Shown: piece by piece, positions 1-7,114 of the stretch
How the letters are laid out: the number at the start of each line of letters is the position of its first letter
Position numbering within the stretch: the stretch's first letter is position 1
Origin: an uncultured Fibrobacterales bacterium
GTDB lineage: Bacteria > Fibrobacterota > Fibrobacteria > Fibrobacterales > CAWVXU01
NCBI GenBank assembly: GCA_963934255.1
Contig: CAWVXU010000079.1
Coordinates: 1-12,052, forward strand
Direction: 5' to 3'
DNA: 12,052 nucleotides
Translations under genes and position numbers: made by a program
The notes under the pieces: model-generated
What the model was told of the DNA's origin: nothing
The model's database searches: none
What the model saw: the letters and a program-made list of their open reading frames with translations, nothing else

Positions 1-1
1 T

Positions 2-1870
2 ATTTCAATCAATAGTCAAGGCTCATTTACAAGACTAACTCAGGCAGACTTAATTCTCGGAGTTATGGAAAATATCATTAATAATCTAATTGAAATCCAA
101 AGCCCAACAGGTATTAGCTTAAAGAATATTGACCTCAATACAGAAAGTTTCTCTGACATAAATAACTTAACTCAGCAGAGTGATAATTCTTGGAAATTAC
201 CATTAGAGAAAGACATCCCACTTCGTCAGGGAATGAATCAAATCTCTCTTATTACGGAGTATACATCCAATGATGGCGTTGTTAAATCAGTAGCTACCAA
301 TTTCCATATTGAATTGGTCAGCCAGTTTGAAAATGAAAACATTAATTTGAATGGTGGTGTATTTGCATCAAATTGTGGGCTATGGAAAACCTTAGAAGTC
401 ACAGATATTCAAACTGGCGAAATATTAAAAATGGTAAATAAAGTCACCAAGAAAATCGATATCAATTTAAAAAAACCTGCCCAAAATACCTCCGAAAATA
501 CTGCCCGAGTTCAAATCGTGAGTTTATTAGCTCAAGATACTTTATGGTTAGATCTTGATTTAACGAGTACGATTGATCTTCAAAATTTTTATTATAATAC
601 GGTGGATATCGCATGGGATAGACCTGCCCAAAACAACAATACTCTTGAATTAGAAATGAATGACTCAATTGTTGTGACGTGGGAGCACGCAGTGGATAAA
701 AGAGATAATGCTAGTACAAGTTTAATCGCTTTTAATGGATTAGCTAATTTAGACTCAACAATTTTTTATGACAAAAACCAAAATGGGCAACTTGATAAAA
801 TAATTTTAAAATTTGCTGATGATGTTGATCCTGTCTCTCTAAGTTTTACAACATATCATTTTACATGGTGGGATAAATCAAACAAAGAAAAAATTATCCA
901 AATAAATCCAGAGCAATTAATCATTAGCAAAAATGACCCAACAAGAGTTTCTATCAGTTTAGATGAATCAACTATAGGGATTATGACATCAACAATTGAT
1001 GGAAAAGGATTATTTAGTTTGGAGACTGATTTACCAGAACATTATCTTGCTAGTGACACGAGTTATCAAGTCAGTATAACTGACTCAATGCCTCCAATAA
1101 TCTATCGAGCCATCATACTATCAAATAAACCAACAAATGATGAGAGTCAACTCAGGTTATATTATAGCGAAGTATTAAAAAACCCACAATTTAAAAATGA
1201 TATCAAATTCAATTTTAAATCAGATAGAATCTTTGAATATACGCAGAGACAGGATGTTGTACAAGAGTCATCCTTCTCCACCATCTTGACTTACAATAAT
1301 TCATTTGTCTTCTCAACCTTGGATAGTGTCAAATTGAGGGGATCTGCTCAAGACCAAAATGGTATCAGCGCTGGTTTTGAAAGCCCTTATGTTTCCATAC
1401 TTGTCAATACGAGAATGAGACTGGTCGTAAAGGATTTTAATTCATTAGATCTTGAGGAATTATATCACAAAACGAATTTTGAGCTTGAGTATTACGACGT
1501 AGATGAGGATTTATATGAGCATGTCAAGTCCAAAGAGTCAGTTGCTTTTGGGTTTGGACCAATCAGCATGAGTAAGTTAGATTCTAACAAATCAGCTGAG
1601 AACATTAATTTCGAATGGAGCTTCTCTATCTATGATCATTTGGGGCAATTTATAGCTTCTCAAGCTAGGAAGGTAAATTGTGATGACTTGATTTTTCAAG
1701 AGTCTCCTTCGCGAACTTGCAAGGATCACCATGGTTTGCAAGCAAGTTACACTTGGAATGGACGAACCAATACTCATCGTATAGTCGGTTCTGGAGTATA
1801 TATTATAAAGTTAACTATTGAGGGTAAAGATACAGAGTTTATCAATGTCGGTATCCATCGTCGTGATTAA
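2..1870 (+). CDS. 5'-truncated large secreted/surface protein, Ig-like beta-rich, with a C-terminal FlgD-Ig/Fibrobacter fibro-slime-type region
   Basis: The frame is stop-free from base 2 (ISINSQGSFTRLTQADLILGV) into the ATG at 65, so the real start is probably upstream of the window. Motifs: Ca-loop-like YDKNQNGQLDKIILKF, ITDSMPPIIYRA, and C-terminal FSIYDHLGQFI...YTWNGRTNTHRIVGSGVYIIKL, which I recognise from the C-termini of secreted Fibrobacterota proteins. Confidence 0.7.
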   Translation: MSINSQGSFTRLTQADLILGVMENIINNLIEIQSPTGISLKNIDLNTESFSDINNLTQQSDNSWKLPLEKDIPLRQGMNQISLITEYTSNDGVVKSVATNFHIELVSQFENENINLNGGVFASNCGLWKTLEVTDIQTGEILKMVNKVTKKIDINLKKPAQNTSENTARVQIVSLLAQDTLWLDLDLTSTIDLQNFYYNTVDIAWDRPAQNNNTLELEMNDSIVVTWEHAVDKRDNASTSLIAFNGLANLDSTIFYDKNQNGQLDKIILKFADDVDPVSLSFTTYHFTWWDKSNKEKIIQINPEQLIISKNDPTRVSISLDESTIGIMTSTIDGKGLFSLETDLPEHYLASDTSYQVSITDSMPPIIYRAIILSNKPTNDESQLRLYYSEVLKNPQFKNDIKFNFKSDRIFEYTQRQDVVQESSFSTILTYNNSFVFSTLDSVKLRGSAQDQNGISAGFESPYVSILVNTRMRLVVKDFNSLDLEELYHKTNFELEYYDVDEDLYEHVKSKESVAFGFGPISMSKLDSNKSAENINFEWSFSIYDHLGQFIASQARKVNCDDLIFQESPSRTCKDHHGLQASYTWNGRTNTHRIVGSGVYIIKLTIEGKDTEFINVGIHRRD

Positions 1871-1903
1871 GCATCTCTTTTGTATTATATCATTGCTCAT
1901 TAC

Positions 1904-1945
1904 TATTTATTAATAAATAAAATTATACTTTCTATTATAATAGAA
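1904..1945. promoter_or_regulatory. Two perfect 16-bp palindromes upstream of the kinase gene, the second containing TATAAT
   Basis: TATTTATTAATAAATA at 1904-1919 and TTCTATTATAATAGAA at 1930-1945, with TATAAT at 1936-1941. Both are very AT-rich, so function is inferred only. Confidence 0.35.
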
Positions 1946-1979
1946 TTGAAAAAGCTTAAATTTGCAAAGGTCGCATCAC

Positions 1980-3782
1980 ATGAAATTTGATTCTTCATAT
2001 ATATTAAGTTTTTTTGACCATCTTCTGGTTGATGCACTTTATATGGATCATCATGGTGTGATTGTTTTTTCTAAAAACAAGTCAAGTGAAGGCTTACATT
2101 GGAGCAAAATAATTCCACCTAGTATTTACAATAGTTTTGATTCAGAATTTAATATTTGTCTATCAGCTGGTTCTATTAGAAGTGTACAGGTCCCGTTAGT
2201 TGAAAAAGATGAGATTAGGTGGATTCAGTATAAATTAAGCGCTTATCAATCTGATGGGTTCAATGGTGTCTCCATGATATCAACTGATGTCACAGATCAA
2301 GTTGAAACTATTCAAGAGCTTGAAAAAATGTCGCGATCTATTGAGCAAACTTCCACATTAGTAGTGATGACTAATCTCAATGGTAAAATTGAATATGTAA
2401 ATCGTAGTTATGAAAAAGTTTACAACCAAAAAATTTTAGAATTAATTGGAAAAACACCAGTTCAATTTATGAATTTTAATGGAAGTGAGCGTCCTGAAAT
2501 TTGGGAAAACTTAACACGTGGTCGCACATGGGATGCAGAAATTCAAGTCAAGCGACCAGGTGAAAATATTGGTCATGAAAGAGTCAAGGCTTTTTGCATT
2601 CAAAATGATTGGGGAGAGATTACTCAATTTTGTTTAATCATTGAAGATGTTACAGCTGAATTTGATCTTCAAAAACAGCTTGTACAAAACCAGAAAATTG
2701 AAGCCATTGGAACGCTTGCTGGTGGTGTGGCACACGATTTTAATAATATACTGATGATTATTTCTGGATTTGCTGAAATGGGTTTAAAGCATGTTGAAGA
2801 AAGTGGTAGAGCATTTAAATCATTTTCAACAATTATTGAAGCGACACTCCGAGCAAGTGATTTAACTCAATCGCTTTTGTCATTCAGTCGTAAACAAGAG
2901 CTCAATATTGAAGACTTTGATGTCAATGGTTTTGTCACAGATTTAGTTCCACTCTGGCAAAGGCTTATACCTCGTAGGATTAGTCTTGAATTTATTCCAT
3001 CAGCCACCAAAGCCTTAATAAAAGCTGATAAAATTCATTTGGAACAAATCCTCATGAATCTCATTATCAACGCTCGTGATGCAATAGAAGAAACCGAAAA
3101 AGTTACTGCTGAAATAATTATATCTCTAAATATTGTTGGCCAAAATGTTCATATGAGTTGTCGTGATAATGGTGCTGGAATGAGTGAAGAGACAAGAGAG
3201 CAAATATTTGAACCCTTCTTTACTACCAAATCAAAAGGACAAGGCACAGGATTAGGACTTGCAACTGTTTATGGGTTGATTAAGCAACAGCAAGCGAGTA
3301 TAGAAATCACAAGTCAAGTAGGGGTAGGGACTGAGTTTCATATTACTTGGCCACTATCAATATCAAATTCTGAAGTGCCAATTGAAGATGTCAACAAAAA
3401 ATCTGAATTACCCAAAATCCTCGTAGTTGATGATGAGGAAAATATTTGCAAATTTTGCAAAGAGGTCCTCACTGAGATGGGGTATCATGTCATTGAAGCA
3501 ACCTGTGTAAGTGAAGCTTTGGATGTATTAAAATCGCACGAAATTGGAGTGATTATCAGCGATGTGAATATGCCGGGACAATCCGGGGTTGATCTAGCAC
3601 TACAACTTGAGAAAAGAAAATATCATCTAATTTTAATGACTGGTTTTAATGGAGAAATGGATCAAATGGGTGATGTGGATAAAGTATATTTCAAGTCTTT
3701 TAAGGTGCTTAAAAAGCCCTTTTCAATGCAGGATCTTAATAGCGCTGTACAAAAGACTTCAAAACTATCAAAACATCATTAA
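1980..3782 (+). CDS. Cytoplasmic hybrid sensor histidine kinase (degenerate PAS, PAS, HisKA, HATPase_c, REC; CckA-like architecture)
   Basis: H-box LAGGVAHDFNNIL, N-box QILMNLIINARDA, G1 DNGAGM, F-box IFEPFFTTK, G2 GTGLGLA. PAS motif VVMTNLNGKIEYVN...ELIGK...EDVT. REC with VVDDE, ISDVNMP, LMTG, KKPF. No transmembrane segment seen. ATG 1980 is preferred over TTG 1962 because AAAGG lies at 1966-1970. Confidence 0.95.
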   Translation: MKFDSSYILSFFDHLLVDALYMDHHGVIVFSKNKSSEGLHWSKIIPPSIYNSFDSEFNICLSAGSIRSVQVPLVEKDEIRWIQYKLSAYQSDGFNGVSMISTDVTDQVETIQELEKMSRSIEQTSTLVVMTNLNGKIEYVNRSYEKVYNQKILELIGKTPVQFMNFNGSERPEIWENLTRGRTWDAEIQVKRPGENIGHERVKAFCIQNDWGEITQFCLIIEDVTAEFDLQKQLVQNQKIEAIGTLAGGVAHDFNNILMIISGFAEMGLKHVEESGRAFKSFSTIIEATLRASDLTQSLLSFSRKQELNIEDFDVNGFVTDLVPLWQRLIPRRISLEFIPSATKALIKADKIHLEQILMNLIINARDAIEETEKVTAEIIISLNIVGQNVHMSCRDNGAGMSEETREQIFEPFFTTKSKGQGTGLGLATVYGLIKQQQASIEITSQVGVGTEFHITWPLSISNSEVPIEDVNKKSELPKILVVDDEENICKFCKEVLTEMGYHVIEATCVSEALDVLKSHEIGVIISDVNMPGQSGVDLALQLEKRKYHLILMTGFNGEMDQMGDVDKVYFKSFKVLKKPFSMQDLNSAVQKTSKLSKHH

Positions 3783-3815
3783 AAATATTATATTAGTTAC
3801 AGAGAGGAGGGAGTT

Positions 3816-4199
3816 TTGTTCGTGGATATTTTAATTGTAGATGATGTCTTTACCGAGACCAAAGTACTAGAAAGAATACTATCCAAGATGGGGTTCCAAG
3901 TTGGCGTGGCTCAATCAGCTACTGATGCTTTAGAGTATATCATCAATCACCAAGATATTCGGATGGTCATTATGAATGTGATGATGCCTGCTCTCGATGG
4001 TATCAATGCTACTCAGATGATTCGAAATAAACTCTATAATCCACTCTCAATTGTGGGTTATTCCTCTGATTCTTCTTCTGAAATGGTTAATTCATGTCTT
4101 GAGTCTGGAATGAATTCATTTTTGTCAAAACCCTTTCAATTGGATGATATTCGTCAATTACTTCTACTACATAACTTAAAGCCAACATCGCCCCTCTAA
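3816..4199 (+). CDS. Single-domain response regulator lacking the phosphoacceptor Asp (pseudo-receiver)
   Basis: REC motifs ILIVDD, MP.LDG, IVGYSS, FLSKPF. The phosphoacceptor position reads MVIM-N-VMMP (AAT at 3975-3977). Strong RBS AGGAGG at 3805-3810. Start is TTG 3816 or GTG 3822. Confidence 0.9.
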   Translation: MFVDILIVDDVFTETKVLERILSKMGFQVGVAQSATDALEYIINHQDIRMVIMNVMMPALDGINATQMIRNKLYNPLSIVGYSSDSSSEMVNSCLESGMNSFLSKPFQLDDIRQLLLLHNLKPTSPL

Positions 4200-4204
4200 T
4201 AATT

Positions 4205-4708
4205 ATGTCCAATAAGAAACGCAATATTGTTCTTGTGGGGATGCCTGGGTCTGGCAAAAGTACCCTTGGAGTCTTACTTGCAAAAACTCTCGTAAAAAAG
4301 TTTTGTGATACGGATATTCTAATCCAAGATATTACTAATGAATCTTTACAAGATACCATCAATCGTGATGGCTATATGAAGCTTCGTGGGATAGAAGAAG
4401 AAGCTCTCTTGTCTGTCAATTTTAATGACACAGTGATTGCCACGGGTGGGTCTGCAGTTTATTCAGATAAAGGCATGGTTCATTTAAAAAAGTTTTCAAC
4501 GATCGTATATATTGATGTGAAAGTTGAAGAGTTACTCCATAGGATTCCTGATATGGAAAGTCGAGGCATTGCTATGAAACCAGGCCAATGCTTCAAAGAT
4601 CTTTATCAAGAGCGTTGTCTGCTTTATACTAAGTATGCGGACCTGACGATTAGCACAGACAATAAGACTGTTGAAGAGTCCATAAAGGATATCTTAAAAC
4701 AACTATAG
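4205..4708 (+). CDS. aroK: Shikimate kinase
   Basis: Walker A in NIVLVGMPGSGKST, DTD motif, VIATGGSAV, LYQER..LY..YAD, and typical length of 167 aa. Confidence 0.9.
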   Translation: MSNKKRNIVLVGMPGSGKSTLGVLLAKTLVKKFCDTDILIQDITNESLQDTINRDGYMKLRGIEEEALLSVNFNDTVIATGGSAVYSDKGMVHLKKFSTIVYIDVKVEELLHRIPDMESRGIAMKPGQCFKDLYQERCLLYTKYADLTISTDNKTVEESIKDILKQL

Positions 4709-4724
4709 GCTTTTTTCAGATTAA

Positions 4725-4949
4725 ATTCCGAGACCTAATGCCTGGCTAACAATTCAAAATGAAACAAAACAAACAGTTTTAGTGGATTCGAAAACCAATG
4801 TTGAAAACTTTAAGGTTACTAAAAGTACAACACAAGGTATGGTCCTAAATACGTATAATCAAACTCAAATAGCAGATGCAAGAGTGGTTTATCCATCTGG
4901 ATTCAAAAATATTGTGATTCAAATACTAATTAAGCTTGTGGTGGATTAA
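4725..4949 (+). pseudogene. Possible gene remnant or small ORF (74 stop-free codons) between aroK and can
   Basis: The frame reads IPRPNAWLTIQNETKQTVLVDSKTNVENFKVTKSTTQGMVLNTYNQTQIADARVVYPSGFKNIVIQILIKLVVD*. It has no 5' start codon or RBS, and its end overlaps the can stop. Confidence 0.3.
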
Positions 4950-5574
4950 ACTGGAAGATAGGCTCAAGCGATGAGTTATCGCTATGTGAAACTTTTAAAT
5001 CTTTAAGGAGACCATCTTCTAAAGAGTAGACCCAACCGTGAAGTTGAAGTTTGTTGCCTTTAGCCCACTCGTCTTGAATAAAAGAAATACGAGCTAAATT
5101 TTTCACTTGCTCTTGAATATTTATTTCAACAAACCGATCAGTACGTTTCTTCATAATAGGAATGCTATTGAGTTCATCTTGATGTTTGCTATAAGTGTTT
5201 TTAAGACTCATCAGCCAGTTATCTAGATAACCATATGATTGAGTGTCCATGGCTGCCATTACCCCACCACAACCATAATGACCACAAACGACAACATGTT
5301 CAACTTTAAGGTATTTTACTGCATAGTAAACTACGCTCAGTAAATTGGCATCTGTATGAACAACAAGATTTGCGATATTTCTTTGAACAAAAATGGAGCC
5401 AGGTTGAGACTTGGTAATTTGTGTAGGTGGGACGCGACTATCGGAACAACCTATCCAAAGGTATTTAGGGGATTGACCTTGAGAGAGTTCTTCAAAGAAA
5501 CGAGGCTCCTTGGCTCGAATCTCTTCTACCCAAGCAATGTTCCCATCTAGAAGTTCTTGAATATTATCAGACAT
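4930..5574 (-). CDS. can: Beta-class carbonic anhydrase
   Basis: Zn-ligand motifs WIGCSDSRVP and VVCGHYGCGGV, plus RNIANLV and LHGWVYSLEDG. RBS AAGGA lies upstream on the minus strand. Confidence 0.96.
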   Translation of the reverse strand: MSDNIQELLDGNIAWVEEIRAKEPRFFEELSQGQSPKYLWIGCSDSRVPPTQITKSQPGSIFVQRNIANLVVHTDANLLSVVYYAVKYLKVEHVVVCGHYGCGGVMAAMDTQSYGYLDNWLMSLKNTYSKHQDELNSIPIMKKRTDRFVEINIQEQVKNLARISFIQDEWAKGNKLQLHGWVYSLEDGLLKDLKVSHSDNSSLEPIFQFNPPQA

Positions 5575-5665
5575 AAATCATCCTTTTGAAAAAAGTGCTC
5601 TCCCCTAGCGAGAAAGCTTCAGTGAATACTTAGATTAATAAAAATAGAATCAACTTGAGGCAAGC

Positions 5666-6424
5666 ATGAAAACAATCGTATCAATCTTCATTTTACTCAT
5701 CATCGGTGTGGGTACTTCATTTGCTAAAGAGAAAAAATGGAAAAAGAAAAAACGCGGTGGCCCCCCAAAGTCTAGCCAGACACGAGAAGTTGAAATTCCT
5801 GTAAATATTGGGCTAGGTCCGGCCTTGTTTATATTGCCTGGTCCATTTGAAGGGTTTCAGATTGGATTCCAAACGGAGCTTTATGCAGCTATTTCACCTG
5901 AACTAGTTCAGGCCAATAAAGATAAGGTACCCAAAAAATATCGCAAATATGCCAAAATGATTAAAGGGGAGACCCGAGTAAGCCCTTTTCCAATTTCTAT
6001 CTTACCTGATGCGTTTATTATATCGCCAAAGGACGACTCTAAAGGTAAAAATGATCAAGCCTATGGTGTTATTTGGAGTTCAATGTTTGGTGTTGGGATA
6101 CTCAGTTTTGGCGAATCCAAAGACTTCATATCCTATAGATTAGGGTTAGGTTTGCCTTCAATCATGTATATTTATGGTGGTGGACATCGTTTTGTGGATG
6201 ACAATCAACACTTAGTGGGTCTTGGTGCTGATGCATATAGTTTTATCGATATGAGGTTTACCCCTCGAGTCCACTTAAGTTTTTCCGCGAGATCACAAGC
6301 TTATGTGACCAATGCAGTCGATTATAAAGATGATGATGGCCAGGAAGTGAAGACTCATTTTTTCCCTATTCACCGATTTGCTATCTCACTGAACTACCGA
6401 TTTGGCAAGAAAACCAAAATTTAA
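5666..6424 (+). CDS. Secreted hypothetical protein, probable outer-membrane beta-barrel
   Basis: Sec signal peptide MKTIVSIFILLIIGVGTSFA, amphipathic strands in the C-terminal half, and ending RFAISLNYRFGKKTKI. RBS GAGG upstream. Confidence 0.7.
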   Translation: MKTIVSIFILLIIGVGTSFAKEKKWKKKKRGGPPKSSQTREVEIPVNIGLGPALFILPGPFEGFQIGFQTELYAAISPELVQANKDKVPKKYRKYAKMIKGETRVSPFPISILPDAFIISPKDDSKGKNDQAYGVIWSSMFGVGILSFGESKDFISYRLGLGLPSIMYIYGGGHRFVDDNQHLVGLGADAYSFIDMRFTPRVHLSFSARSQAYVTNAVDYKDDDGQEVKTHFFPIHRFAISLNYRFGKKTKI

Positions 6425-6536
6425 CAATAGGGTGATTTTTAACAAAAGTCAGTAAAAATGCATCATTATTGGATAAAAATTAAAGAAAATTGAATAAAAA
6501 TAGCTAATAATGAGCTTTAAATGAGGAATGCCAAAT

Positions 6537-6923
6537 CTAAGGTTCGACCTTTAAAGTTTCAATATTACCAAGGAGGTCGGCTAGTTGGCTCATCCGATAA
6601 GGCTTTTTAAGTACACCCTCAACACCGAGATCTTGGAGTTCTTTAAGATCAAGATTACGAGCACGACCTGAAGAAAGTACTACAGGAATTTGATATTGTA
6701 AGTCACGCATTTTGTAGAGGACTTCCATACCAGACATCACAGGCATGACCATATCCAACAAAACGAGGTCAATTTGGGAACTTTCAAGTATCTCAAGGCC
6801 TTCTTTACCGTGAGAGGCCTCAACTACCTCATATCCCAAATCCAGGAGAAGTTCCCGTAAGGTATAGCGTAACATCGACTCATCATCAATAACGAGAATT
6901 TTTTTAGCTAGAGAATAGTTCAT
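6537..6923 (-). CDS. Single-domain response regulator (canonical receiver)
   Basis: KILVIDDE, LVLLDMVMPVMSG (Asp intact), VVLSSG, LKKPY. No output domain. Confidence 0.93.
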   Translation of the reverse strand: MNYSLAKKILVIDDESMLRYTLRELLLDLGYEVVEASHGKEGLEILESSQIDLVLLDMVMPVMSGMEVLYKMRDLQYQIPVVLSSGRARNLDLKELQDLGVEGVLKKPYRMSQLADLLGNIETLKVEP

Positions 6924-7003
6924 ACCTTAAAAATGATAATTATACAACTGCATAGCAAGGGTTATTTTTGACAACTAAATAGCGCCAACGGCAGAGAGTT
7001 GAT

Positions 7004-7100
7004 AAAAATGCTCCAAATTCAGCAAAAATGCTCAAAAAATCCACTCTAGATAGAGTAAATGTTATATTTACTGAAAATTCACTTTATTTTAATTTAAGTG
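7004..7100. promoter_or_regulatory. Direct-repeat pair plus inverted repeats in the divergent intergenic region
   Basis: AAAAATGCTC at 7004-7013 and 7024-7033 (20-bp period). ACTCTA-GA-TAGAGT at 7043-7056. AGTAAAT-N5-ATTTACT at 7054-7072. CACTT-N11-AAGTG at 7080-7100. Confidence 0.45.
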
Positions 7101-7114
7101 GCTTAGGAGATTTG

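Noticed and set aside
462..668. Short ORF-track entries at 462-668, 1592-1777, 3649-3834, 4087-4362, 5356-5550, 7402-7587, 8781-8972, 9761-9949 and 11213-11443
   Set aside because: All are antisense or alternate-frame shadows of well-supported genes and show no recognisable motifs.
6968..6973. Perfect TTGACA -35 hexamer
   Set aside because: There is no plausible -10 element 16-18 bp downstream.
7028..7114. N-terminal extension of the 644-aa ORF
   Set aside because: There is no RBS at 7028, the segment is made of regulatory-looking repeats, and an AGGAG precedes ATG 7115 just before the first conserved-looking motif.
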